Shown one piece after another: positions 7,808-16,853 of a DNA stretch of 32,000 bases. Source of the DNA: Actomonas aquatica. Its GTDB lineage: Bacteria; Verrucomicrobiota; Verrucomicrobiia; Opitutales; Opitutaceae. The position numbers and the translations under genes were made by a program. Every line of letters starts with the position of its first letter. Within the stretch, counting starts at the first letter, position 1. The DNA lies in the NCBI RefSeq assembly GCF_019679435.2, contig NZ_CP139781.1, positions 3,597,753 through 3,629,752 on the forward strand. The letters run 5' to 3'. The notes under the pieces are model-generated. The model was not told the DNA's origin. It saw only the letters and a list, made by a program, of their open reading frames with translations, and did no database searches.

Positions 7808-8266
7808 ATGACCCCATTTGCTTCCCCCGCGGTCGCCGCCAAACTCTCAACCTACCCCGAGCCTGCCCGGTCCGTTCTGCTCGAGCTGCGTGAGTTGATC
7901 TTCGCCACGGCCCGCGATCATCCCGACATCGGTCCGCTCACCGAAACCTTAAAGTGGGACCAGCCGAGCTACCTCACCGAACAATCCCGCAGCGGCACCA
8001 CGCTGCGGCTCGACGCCCCCGCCGACCACCCGGCGCACTGCGCGCTGTTGGTGCATTGCCAAACTCATCTCATCGCCACGCTGCGCGAAACCTTGGGTCC
8101 CGCCCTACACTACGAAGGCAACCGCGCCATCCTCCTGCCCATCGCACAGCCCTTGCCGACGACCGCGCTGCGCACCGCCATCACGTTGGCGCTTACTTAC
8201 CACACTCGTAAACGTGCCCCTCGCCCGCCCATCGGCGAACGCATCCGGCAGGCCCGACGCTCTTAA
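7808..8266 (+). CDS. DUF1801 (YdhG/YjdN-like) domain protein
   Basis: 152-aa ORF. LELRELIFATARDHPDIGPLTETLKWDQPSY resembles the DUF1801 core (K-W-x-x-P-x-Y). G/C-rich third positions. Confidence 0.6.
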   Translation: MTPFASPAVAAKLSTYPEPARSVLLELRELIFATARDHPDIGPLTETLKWDQPSYLTEQSRSGTTLRLDAPADHPAHCALLVHCQTHLIATLRETLGPALHYEGNRAILLPIAQPLPTTALRTAITLALTYHTRKRAPRPPIGERIRQARRS

Positions 8267-8277
8267 CGCGCGCCCTC

Positions 8278-8311
8278 GCCCCACACCTCACTCCGCCCCG
8301 CACCTCACTCC
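8278..8311. repeat. 17-bp tandem duplication at gene 3' end
   Basis: gccccacacctcactcc (8278-8294) is followed directly by gccccgcacctcactcc (8295-8311), with one mismatch. The second copy carries the stop codon of the deacetylase gene (8305-8307 on the minus strand). Confidence 0.75.
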
Positions 8312-9144
8312 ACCGGCCAGCCGAGGCGCTCGAACTCGCCCTGCGCGTGCGTCATCACGTTCTTGAAGGTATCGACCCAGAACCGGTCTTTGTGGGCCAC
8401 CAGGTAATCGAGAATCTGCTGGTGCAACCCCTCTGGCGTTTCGAGGTAATCCCCTTCCACGCCGTGCATGAGAAACACCGCCACGGTGCCCGCCTCCGCA
8501 CAGGCCTCGAGATAATCGATGGTCGCCTGCAGGTCGCCGTGCGAGGGATCGAATGCCGGCGTGTTGCTGAACTTCAGGTCGCGCGGCGCCATGATGGTCG
8601 GGTCCACCCCGCGCGAGGCGATGAACAGCTTCCGCGTCACCGGCAGAAACGACACCTCGCCATGCTCCACCACCGTCTCGCCGCACGGGTAGGCGAAGGT
8701 GCGCTCGGTCTCGCCATCGATCGCATGCAACAGCGTGTCGGTGATGAGCAACTCCTTCTCCAGCCGATCGAGCGTGTAGACGTCGAGGTCGTGCGTGACG
8801 CTCACCCAGTCGCGATTCGGCAGGCCGCGCCGACAGGGATGAAACAGCGAGTGGCTGCCCAACTCATGCCCGGCCGCCGCCACTGCCCGCCAATCCTCCA
8901 CCCGGTCCACCATGGTGCCACCGTTGCCCATCAGAAAAAACGTGCCCTTCAACCCCATCGCCTCCAGCTGCGGAAACGCTACGTCGAGCTGTGACGCGAG
9001 CGAATCATCGTAGGTCAGACACACCGCTGCCTGCGCACCGTGCGGCCAGTGAAACCCCTCCGGCGCAACCGCCTCCTCGACGGACTCAGCCCGAGCGAGG
9101 GCAACAACAGTGAGGGCGAGCAACAGATGGCGGAATCGGGTCAT
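8305..9144 (-). CDS. polysaccharide deacetylase (CE4 family), secreted
   Basis: ORF 8305..9267 trimmed to the ATG at 9144 (MTRFRHLLLALTVVALARAES, a signal peptide). VCLTYDDSLASQ...GLKGTFFL...GHELGSHSLFH matches the NodB-homology motifs. Confidence 0.8.
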   Translation of the reverse strand: MTRFRHLLLALTVVALARAESVEEAVAPEGFHWPHGAQAAVCLTYDDSLASQLDVAFPQLEAMGLKGTFFLMGNGGTMVDRVEDWRAVAAAGHELGSHSLFHPCRRGLPNRDWVSVTHDLDVYTLDRLEKELLITDTLLHAIDGETERTFAYPCGETVVEHGEVSFLPVTRKLFIASRGVDPTIMAPRDLKFSNTPAFDPSHGDLQATIDYLEACAEAGTVAVFLMHGVEGDYLETPEGLHQQILDYLVAHKDRFWVDTFKNVMTHAQGEFERLGWPVE

Positions 9145-9245
9145 GGCAGGAAGGGGTTGCGAGCCGACACCATGCACCGCCGACCCGCCCTCGCCCAAGG
9201 CAAAATCCTCCGCCGCCCCAGTTGCCGTTCGCCTGCGTCTCGGCT

Positions 9246-9255
9246 CCCCCCCCCC
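9246..9255. repeat. C10 homopolymer (G10 on the coding strand of its neighbours)
   Basis: Ten consecutive C, counted directly. Lies 102 nt upstream of the deacetylase ATG (9144) and 21 nt past the sigma-factor stop (9277). Confidence 0.9.
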
Positions 9256-9276
9256 AGACACAGCCAAACCCGCCGC

Positions 9277-10947
9277 CTACTCCGACTTGCCAAACCGCTG
9301 CCGCACGCCGCGCGCGTAATACACCACCGGCACCAGCGTGAGCACCGTGGCGATCGCCAGCAGCGCCAGCACCATGCCATCGACGCCGCCGCCGCTTTCG
9401 CCATTCAGCAACACGTGCGCCGTCGCGTCATTGTGGTGCTCGGCCCAAGCCACCCGGCCCTGCGCAGCCACCTCTGCCACCGCAAAACCGCCGCTCTGCG
9501 CGCCGTGCCAGCCCAGCGCTGACAACCACCCCAGCGCCCGCAGTCCGATCGCCGCGCAACCCAGTGCCAGACCACCAACCGCCATCGTGCCCACCGACAC
9601 CGCGCCAAAACTCACCGCCCCGATCGTGAGCAGCCCACCGGACACGATGCCCACACTCACCGGCGCCACCGCCACACCGCCCCAGGCAAACAACAACCCG
9701 TAGGCGCGATCGCCGCCCGCGATCCAGCCGACCACCGGCCCGTCGCCTTCCTCGGCCTTCGCAAAACGAAAATGCACCAACGGCACGCCCGCCAGCGTCA
9801 GCCGACTGCGATACGAACCCGTCGCCGCGCCCGCCCGGTCCCGCGCCTGCGCAAACGCCGCCGGGTCCCGTAAACGCTCCGCCGTGCGCAAACGCCGCTC
9901 CGCCCGCAACGACCGACTCAGCCCGAGCGGATACAGCACCACGATCGCCGCGACGACGATCTGCGCCGCCACCATCCACGCGAAGCGCGACTCCTCCGCC
10001 AACGCCGCCAACGCCCCGGCCCGCAGCCCGTAGAGCACGCCCAGGCCGGCCAGCAACACGCCCACAAACACGACCGACATCACGATCGCCTGCCGCCGCT
10101 CGTTGCCCGTGCGCGCCTGATCGAGACTCGCCCGCAACCCGAGGCCCGCGCTCACAAATCCGGCCAATGACGCCAACGCGCCCGCCGCCGCCGTCGTTTT
10201 GGCCAAGGCCCCTCCCTGCGCCGCCGACGCGGCCGCCGAGCCCGACACGCCGGCCCCCGCCCCCGAAGCCGCGACCGCCGCCTGCGCGGGCGTCGCCCAC
10301 TCCGGCAGCGCAGCCAGCACGCCCAGCGTAAATACCTTGGTCGGCGCACTGCGCGAGAGCGCCCCTTCGACAAAACTCAGCATGCGCTCCTGCAGCAGCT
10401 TGCGGCCACGCGAGAGGCGTTGTTTCACCGCGTCCTCGCTCAGGTCCAGCGCCACCGCCACATGCTCGATCGAGCGATGTTCGCGATAGAACAACACCAA
10501 CGGCGTGCGGTAGTTTTCGGGCACGCGCTCCAGCGCCTGCCACAACAAAGCCTGGTCCTCGGCGCGCATCACTCGCTCGGCCGCCGGCTCATCATCGGTT
10601 TCCATTTCGGGTATCTCCTCAATCGGCGCCGCTCCGTGCACAGGTTGACGATCATCCGCGCGGCGTCGGCGACTGACCTTGAACCGCAGGATGCCACACA
10701 GCCACGAACGCAGTTTCCCCGGCTCACTCAGCTTCGGTAGCTGGTGCCAGGCTTCCACGAACGCTTCCTGCGCCAGGTCCTCGCTTTCGCTCAGGCGCCC
10801 GGTGGCCGAGTAGGCCAGCGAACAGAGCAGACGCTGGTAACGCTCCACGATGGTGGCGAAGGCGTCGCGCTCTCCCGCCAGACAGGCGGCCACCAGCGCT
10901 TCGTCGCTGATGAGGGAGGGGTCGGAAATGGGGTCAGGCGGCGGCAT
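9277..10947 (-). CDS. ECF (sigma-70 family) sigma factor fused to a multi-pass membrane domain
   Basis: 556-aa ORF. The N-terminal ~195 aa carry region 2 (DLAQEAFVEAWHQL) and region 4 (YRTPLVLFYREHRSIEHVAVALDLSEDAVKQRLSRGRKLLQ). The remaining ~360 aa are Ala/Gly-rich with several hydrophobic spans (IVMSVVFVGVLLAGLGVLYGL, FAWMVAAQIVVAAIVVLYPLGL, GMVLALLAIATVLTLVPVVYY). Confidence 0.85.
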   Translation of the reverse strand: MPPPDPISDPSLISDEALVAACLAGERDAFATIVERYQRLLCSLAYSATGRLSESEDLAQEAFVEAWHQLPKLSEPGKLRSWLCGILRFKVSRRRRADDRQPVHGAAPIEEIPEMETDDEPAAERVMRAEDQALLWQALERVPENYRTPLVLFYREHRSIEHVAVALDLSEDAVKQRLSRGRKLLQERMLSFVEGALSRSAPTKVFTLGVLAALPEWATPAQAAVAASGAGAGVSGSAAASAAQGGALAKTTAAAGALASLAGFVSAGLGLRASLDQARTGNERRQAIVMSVVFVGVLLAGLGVLYGLRAGALAALAEESRFAWMVAAQIVVAAIVVLYPLGLSRSLRAERRLRTAERLRDPAAFAQARDRAGAATGSYRSRLTLAGVPLVHFRFAKAEEGDGPVVGWIAGGDRAYGLLFAWGGVAVAPVSVGIVSGGLLTIGAVSFGAVSVGTMAVGGLALGCAAIGLRALGWLSALGWHGAQSGGFAVAEVAAQGRVAWAEHHNDATAHVLLNGESGGGVDGMVLALLAIATVLTLVPVVYYARGVRQRFGKSE

Positions 10948-11059
10948 CTTTGTTATCGGTTACACCTATAAGTGCCACCCCGGCCGACCCGGGTGACAAA
11001 AACTTCGCCAAAAAAATTCGCCGCCCCCGCGCGACCGTCGGCACTGCCCTCTGCCCACC

Positions 11060-12196
11060 TCAAAACGGCACATCGTCATCCCATTCGGTATCGTCGAACT
11101 CATCCGGGTCGTCGCTCCCCTGCTCCGCCGCCCCCGGCTTCCCCTCGAGCCGCTCCCGCAGCTCGGTGATCAGGTCCGAGATCTCTTCGGCGATGTCCGC
11201 CAGCTCCACCGCCGTAGAACCCAAAATGTCCAACTCGAGCGACTGGTCCTCCACACAATCCTCGAGCGCCGCCAACGCGTCTTCCGCGTAGCCGCTCGCC
11301 TGCCGCAACCGCTGGAGGATGCGCGCACTCGCCTGCGCCGGAGGAGGCCAGACCAGTCCGTTCAACGCCTCCGCGAGTATCGGACCCAGGGCCGCGACGG
11401 CCTCCAACAAATCCCGCTCCGGATACGCCACGTCGGGACCCGGCTCAACGTCATCCTCCACCGTCACCAACGACACCAACCCATCCGAAAGCTCCACGGC
11501 TCGCGTCACCAGCGGGTGCTCAAAGTCATCCCACTCGTCCTCCTCGTCCGCATCAGCGCCTTCGAGCATCTCGTCCACGGATCGCATGTCCTCCCCCTCG
11601 TCCTCCTCGCCCGCCGTCTCCACCTCCCAATTCGCCTCGAACGCCACCTCTTCGCCCGACTCTTCGTCGTCTTCCTCCACCCCGATCAGGTCATCAAAAA
11701 ACGCCTGAATCGCCCGCTGATTCGCTTCCCGCTGCGCGACCTCCTCCGCCGCGCTCATCTCCCACGCCCCCTCGCCCTCCACCCGCAGTTCAAAGCTCGC
11801 CGTCTCGATCACCACCCGCCCGTTCGCCTCGCTGATCCATTCCAGGTAGAGCGCGTTGCCCCAGTGCCAGGTCCACTCCTTCTTCGCCGCGTAATACTCC
11901 CCGATCTGGCTGATCGGAATGTCCGGCACCTTCACTTTGCGCGACGCCGTGATGTCGCCCACCACGCCCTCCTGCCGCGTCGCGATCTCAATCCCGCCCG
12001 ACTCGCTCGGCTCCGGGTTGATGAACACCAACCGCCGCCCCGCGATGTCCCGCCACGGGTTGCCCTTGAGCGCCAACTCCACCGGCTCGTCGCGCCCCAC
12101 AAACCAGATCCGCCCCACCACCCGGTCCCGCTCGCGATTATCGATCTCGCCCCGCACCACTGCTTCGTCGATTCGCCATGCCATGCCCTCCGACAT
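11060..12196 (-). CDS. hypothetical protein with acidic linkers and SSB-like C-terminal tip (…DDDVPF)
   Basis: ORF 11060..12517 trimmed to the ATG at 12196 (MSEGMAWRIDEAVVRGEIDN...). The upstream 107 codons overlap the real cupin gene in antisense. Beta-rich N-domain, Asp/Glu-rich linkers, helical C-region, terminal WDDDVPF. An alternative start at 12184 is possible. Confidence 0.65.
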   Translation of the reverse strand: MSEGMAWRIDEAVVRGEIDNRERDRVVGRIWFVGRDEPVELALKGNPWRDIAGRRLVFINPEPSESGGIEIATRQEGVVGDITASRKVKVPDIPISQIGEYYAAKKEWTWHWGNALYLEWISEANGRVVIETASFELRVEGEGAWEMSAAEEVAQREANQRAIQAFFDDLIGVEEDDEESGEEVAFEANWEVETAGEEDEGEDMRSVDEMLEGADADEEDEWDDFEHPLVTRAVELSDGLVSLVTVEDDVEPGPDVAYPERDLLEAVAALGPILAEALNGLVWPPPAQASARILQRLRQASGYAEDALAALEDCVEDQSLELDILGSTAVELADIAEEISDLITELRERLEGKPGAAEQGSDDPDEFDDTEWDDDVPF

Positions 12197-12262
12197 AACG
12201 CACCGCCCGCCCGGCGCGAGCCTGACTTGCACCGCCCCCCGCAAACCGAAATCGTGCCCCCC

Positions 12263-12592
12263 ATGATCACCCCCGCCTCCACCGTTCCCTGGCAGCAACT
12301 CGACGACAAGGTCGCCCGCCGCGTCCTCCAATCCGGCGACACCCTCATGCTGGTGGAGTTTAGCTTCGCCGCCGGCGGCATCGGCGCCCTGCACAGCCAC
12401 GCCGAACACGAGCAGGTCGGCCTCATCACCAGCGGCCGCTTCGAGGTCACCGTCGGCAACGACACCCGCGTGCTCGGCCCCGGCGACAGCTACCACGCCG
12501 CCCTCAACCAACCCCACGGCGTGCGCGCCCTCGAAGACGGCACCATCATCGACGCCTTCACCCCCCTGCGCGCCGACTTCCTCGGCAACTGA
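12263..12592 (+). CDS. cupin domain protein (109 aa)
   Basis: ORF 11516..12592 trimmed to the ATG at 12263 (MITPASTVPWQQLDD...). Cupin motifs GALHSHAEHEQVGLITSG and GPGDSYHAALNQPHG. Confidence 0.8.
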   Translation: MITPASTVPWQQLDDKVARRVLQSGDTLMLVEFSFAAGGIGALHSHAEHEQVGLITSGRFEVTVGNDTRVLGPGDSYHAALNQPHGVRALEDGTIIDAFTPLRADFLGN

Positions 12593-12677
12593 TTCCGCGC
12601 CGCGGCGCCGCGCCCGCGCTCATTTTCATGAATGTTCATTTTGCCGCGGGCGTCCCCGGCACCTTGGCTGGCCGGTC

Positions 12678-14519
12678 ATGTTACGTCGCTGCTGTCTGGT
12701 CCTCGCCCTGTTCGTCCCGCTGCTCACCGCCGCCCGCGAACCCATCGCCTACACTCTGAGCTTCCCCGCCGCGGCCCGGCACTACGCCGATGTCGAAGCT
12801 GTCATCCCCACCGACGGCGCCGCCGAACTCACCCTCTTCATGCCCACCTGGACGCCGGGCTCGTATTTGATTCGCGAATACTCGCGCAACATCATCGACG
12901 TCACCGCCACCGACGCCGCCGGCACACCGCTCACCGTTGAGAAGACCAGCAAGAACCGCTGGCAGATCACCACCGCCGGCGCCGACGCCATCACCGTCGC
13001 CTACCGCCTCTTCTGCCGTGAAATCAACGTGCGCAGCAACTGGGTCGAGCGCGACTTCGCCGTCATCAACGGCGCCCCCACCTACCTCACCGTCGCCGAC
13101 GATTTTCAACGCCCCTACACCGTCAGCGTCGAGCTCCCCGAGGGCTGGGTCCGCAGCGAAAGCGCCATGACCTATACCGACGCGGCCAACACCTTCACCG
13201 CCCCCGACTTCGACACCCTCGTCGACAGCCCCCTCATCGCCGGCTCTCCGCAGGTCGACACCTTCGAAGTCGACGGCGTCCTCCATCGCCTCGTCACCAT
13301 CGGTGGCGGTGACGTCTGGGACAACACCCGCGCTGCCCGCAACCTGCAGAAGGTCGTCGAGATCCAACGCGATTTCTGGGGCTTCCTCCCCTACGACGAG
13401 CCCTACACCGTCTTCAATCTCCTCACCGGCGACCGCGGCGGCCTCGAGCACCGCCAGTCCTTCACCATGACCGCCGACCGCTGGTATGCCTCCACCCGCG
13501 GCGGCATCAAATCATGGCTGTCCCTCGTCAGCCACGAGTTTTTCCACGCCTGGAACGGCAAACGCCTCCGCCCGGTCGAGCTCGGCCCCTTCGACTACGA
13601 ACACGAAAACTACACGCCCTCCCTCTGGATCGTCGAAGGCCTCACCAGCTACTACCAACACCTCCTCCTCACCCGCGGCGGCTACAACACCCCGGCCCAA
13701 TACCTGCGCGCCCTCAGCGGCTCCATCGCCGGCACCCAACGCACTCCCGGCCGCCTCGTGCAATCGCTCAGCGACTCCTCCTTCGATGCCTGGATCAAGG
13801 CCTACCGCCGCGACGAAAATTCCCTCAACACCCTCTTCAGCTACTACGGCGGCGGCGCCGTCGCCGGCTTCATCATCGACGCGCAGATCCAGATCGTGAG
13901 CAACGGCCAGGCCTCCCTCGATGACGTCATGCAGGCCGCCTACGAACGCTACAGCGGCGAGCACGGTTACAGCGAAGCCGAGTTCATCGCGCTCGCTGGC
14001 GAAATCGCCGGCGCCGACCTCACCGCCTGGTTCGACGAACTCGTGCATCACCCGGGCGAGTTTGATTACCAACCCGCCCTCGACTGGTTCGGCCTCGAAT
14101 TCGAAGCGCCGCGTCCGCCGCCCTCCGACGATGCCTACCCCGTGGCCGATGAACCCGTCGACCGCGTGCGCGGTTGGCTCGGCGCCAACACCAAATCCGA
14201 CGGCGGCAAACTCGTCGTCAGCGCCGTGCCCGACGGCACCCCCGCCGCCGCCGCCGGCCTCGCCGTCGACGACGAACTCATCGCCATCGATCACCACCGC
14301 GTGGGTGACAACGGCACCCTCAACAAAGTCGTGCGCAACCTCGGTGCCGACACCGCGATCGACCTGCTCGTCTCACGCCAGGGCCTGCTCCTCACTCTCC
14401 CGGCCACCCTCGCCGCCGAGCCCACCGAAACCTGGCAACTCAAGGTCCGCTCCGACGCCACCGATGCCCAAAAAGCTCGCGTGGCCAAGTGGCTGCAAAC
14501 CGACGACGGTCAAAGGTAG
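12678..14519 (+). CDS. M61 family metallopeptidase (glycyl aminopeptidase-like) with C-terminal PDZ domain
   Basis: 613-aa ORF. Signal peptide MLRRCCLVLALFVPLLTAA. HEFFHAWNGKRLRP zinc motif (HExxH) typical of M61. PDZ-like segment GKLVVSAVPDGTPAAAAGLAVDDELIAIDHHRV. Confidence 0.9.
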   Translation: MLRRCCLVLALFVPLLTAAREPIAYTLSFPAAARHYADVEAVIPTDGAAELTLFMPTWTPGSYLIREYSRNIIDVTATDAAGTPLTVEKTSKNRWQITTAGADAITVAYRLFCREINVRSNWVERDFAVINGAPTYLTVADDFQRPYTVSVELPEGWVRSESAMTYTDAANTFTAPDFDTLVDSPLIAGSPQVDTFEVDGVLHRLVTIGGGDVWDNTRAARNLQKVVEIQRDFWGFLPYDEPYTVFNLLTGDRGGLEHRQSFTMTADRWYASTRGGIKSWLSLVSHEFFHAWNGKRLRPVELGPFDYEHENYTPSLWIVEGLTSYYQHLLLTRGGYNTPAQYLRALSGSIAGTQRTPGRLVQSLSDSSFDAWIKAYRRDENSLNTLFSYYGGGAVAGFIIDAQIQIVSNGQASLDDVMQAAYERYSGEHGYSEAEFIALAGEIAGADLTAWFDELVHHPGEFDYQPALDWFGLEFEAPRPPPSDDAYPVADEPVDRVRGWLGANTKSDGGKLVVSAVPDGTPAAAAGLAVDDELIAIDHHRVGDNGTLNKVVRNLGADTAIDLLVSRQGLLLTLPATLAAEPTETWQLKVRSDATDAQKARVAKWLQTDDGQR

Positions 14520-14577
14520 GGTCGGACCGCCGGGCCGACCGCCGCGCCTGTCGCTCGGGCGGTCCCCCCCCCGCCCT

Positions 14578-16707
14578 CTAACTCCCAGCCAACATCGCAC
14601 GCACTTCGGTCGCGATGCGCGCCAGGTGCATCGCCGCCGCATGCTGTGTCGTATCGAGCGACGGTAGCGTATCGAGCGCGGCCGTGCAGCTCTCCAAGCC
14701 CGGATCACACGCCGACGCCGCCGTGATATCCGCCTGCGCCGCGAGGTGCGCCAACGCCTCCGTCATCACCGCAAAGTAGCGCGCCTCATCCGCCGACAAA
14801 CGACCGGGCCCTTCGTGCAAACCCACCATGATGAGGTTGGCCAAGCGCAGCACGCGCTGATTGCCGTTGGCCAACGTCGCGGCGCGCTCGATCTGCTCCC
14901 GCGGATTGTGCGCATCGGCAAACAGGCGCCCGACCGATGAAAACACCGCCGCGCTCGCCGCCTCCGCCCGGCGCTTGGCCAACACCGTCTCATCGTCCAA
15001 CGCGCCGCCCTCGCGCAGCTTAAACTCCAGCCGCCGCAGATAGTCCGCCGTCGCCTGTAGGGAGTTTTTTAATACCGCGCCAAAACGGTCGTGCTCCCAC
15101 ACCGGCCAGAAAATCATCGCGCCCACAAAGGACAGCACGCCACCCACCAAGGTCGCGCCGACGCGCTCCAACGCCAGCGTCGCGCCCCCCTCGCCCGAGT
15201 GTTGCAGCAGGATCACCACAAAAAACGCCGCGCCAAAACCCGCCAGCGACACGTTGCGCTTCAGATTGAAGGAAAAGGCAAAGACCCCGATCGCGATCCA
15301 AACCAACCGCATCGCGCTCCCCGGCTCCATCATCATCAACAACGACGCCGCCAGACTGCCGGCCAGCGTGCCCGCCACACGTTGCCAGGCCCGCCGCCGC
15401 GTCGACCCGTAGTCCGGCTGCATCACCACCACCAGCGTGAACGGAATCCAATAGCCGTGCGGCACGCCCAGGCCGCGATACAACCACGCCCCAAATCCCG
15501 CCATCACCGCCAAACGCGCGCCAAACCGCACCAGCGCCGGATCGATGTTGCGCCGCAGGTTCAGCGCCGTCGCCAGCGGCTTCAGTTGCCACGTCTGCAC
15601 ATCGAACAACTCCGCCGCAAACAGCGCCCGCTCACCCGCACGTGGCATCGTCGCCCGCAAGGCCTCCAACACTTCCGGCAACGCCTCCCGCACCCGCTCC
15701 ACCAGCTCCGCCAGCATCTCCGCACCCGCGTCTTCCGGATGCGCCAACAGGCGCGCCCGCACCGATTCCAACAGACCATTAAGACGCCGCAGCCGCACCT
15801 CACAGGTCGCCAGGTGAGCCGGCTGTTGCGAAACCACCGCCACCGCGATGCTGCGCGCACTGTTGGTCAAACTCGTGCGCACCGCCGCCAACGACGGCTC
15901 CACCCGCTGCCGCAGCGCCCCCTCACCCAACCCATCGAGCGCCGTGTGCACCGCCACCACCCGCACCCCCAGCCGCGCCGCCCGCACGCTAAGCGTTTCC
16001 AGCCGCTCCGCCAACCCGTTGCGCCGATGCCGCACCGCCCCGCTCAACTGCTTCGCCGTCTTGTCCAAGGTCGTGCGCAACACCCCCTCCGCCGTATCCA
16101 ACGACCCCGCCGGCCGCCCCGCCTGCAACGCATCACACACCCCCGACAACGCGATCCACGAATCACTCACCGCGCGCCGCAACGGATGCTGCGCGCGCAG
16201 CGGCCACATCGCCGTCTGCAACAGCAAGCCCACGCCCGCCCCGGCCAGGATCCCCCACACCGGCGAACTCACCGCCACCCCGCGCGCCGTATGATCGAGA
16301 CTCACCAAAAACAGCAGCATCGAAGACGTCGAAAGCGACAGCCCGTAGTCACTGCCCACATGGCGCCAGATGGCCGCCGCCGCCGCCACAAACGCCGTCG
16401 CGGCCACCGCCGCCACCACACTCGTCGCCGCCAAGACCCCCAGCGCCCCGGCCGACGCCAACAACGCCGCCATGCCCACCAACAACATCACGCGCAGCCG
16501 GTAGTCCCCGCGCACGTCCATCATCGCCAGATTGTGCGCCGCGATCGCCGCCACCGCCACCGACGCCGGCAGCCCCACCGCCATGTGCAGCAGCATCGGA
16601 ATCAAAAACCCCGCCGTCGCCCGCGCCGAAATCGCCCGATCGGACTTCCGGTCCTCGGCCAACCACGCTCCCCACCAACGAGGATTCACTACACCCAATC
16701 GCGTCAT
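14578..16707 (-). CDS. FUSC/YccS-family integral membrane protein
   Basis: Long ORF 14578..16734(-). The start is taken at MTRLGVV (16707), but 16734 is also possible. Two hydrophobic multi-helix blocks are separated by a helical cytoplasmic region. PHGYWIPFTLVVVMQPDYGSTRRRAWQRVAGTLAGS is FUSC-typical. Confidence 0.75.
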   Translation of the reverse strand: MTRLGVVNPRWWGAWLAEDRKSDRAISARATAGFLIPMLLHMAVGLPASVAVAAIAAHNLAMMDVRGDYRLRVMLLVGMAALLASAGALGVLAATSVVAAVAATAFVAAAAAIWRHVGSDYGLSLSTSSMLLFLVSLDHTARGVAVSSPVWGILAGAGVGLLLQTAMWPLRAQHPLRRAVSDSWIALSGVCDALQAGRPAGSLDTAEGVLRTTLDKTAKQLSGAVRHRRNGLAERLETLSVRAARLGVRVVAVHTALDGLGEGALRQRVEPSLAAVRTSLTNSARSIAVAVVSQQPAHLATCEVRLRRLNGLLESVRARLLAHPEDAGAEMLAELVERVREALPEVLEALRATMPRAGERALFAAELFDVQTWQLKPLATALNLRRNIDPALVRFGARLAVMAGFGAWLYRGLGVPHGYWIPFTLVVVMQPDYGSTRRRAWQRVAGTLAGSLAASLLMMMEPGSAMRLVWIAIGVFAFSFNLKRNVSLAGFGAAFFVVILLQHSGEGGATLALERVGATLVGGVLSFVGAMIFWPVWEHDRFGAVLKNSLQATADYLRRLEFKLREGGALDDETVLAKRRAEAASAAVFSSVGRLFADAHNPREQIERAATLANGNQRVLRLANLIMVGLHEGPGRLSADEARYFAVMTEALAHLAAQADITAASACDPGLESCTAALDTLPSLDTTQHAAAMHLARIATEVRAMLAGS

Positions 16708-16853
16708 CTCCCCCCACCAAACCGCCACGACCACCCGCCCGCAACACGCCGGTGGTCAGGAACGGAAGATTGATTTCATCGTCCGGTGCACGCCCACCAC
16801 GTGGAGTTCCGCACAGCCATCCATTTTCGGCGAACTGCCAAGCGATTTCTGTT

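Noticed and set aside
10948-11059. Promoter or terminator signals upstream of the ECF sigma gene (GGCGAATTTTTTTGGCGAAGTTTTTG on the minus strand; CCCGG/CCGGG mini-hairpin)
   Set aside because: The GGCGAA units are direct repeats, not inverted, so they form no terminator stem. The candidate -35/-10 hexamers have the wrong spacing. The evidence is insufficient for a call.
15091-16773. 560-aa plus-strand ORF
   Set aside because: Extremely Arg/Pro/His/Gln-rich shadow ORF, antisense to the FUSC-family membrane protein gene.
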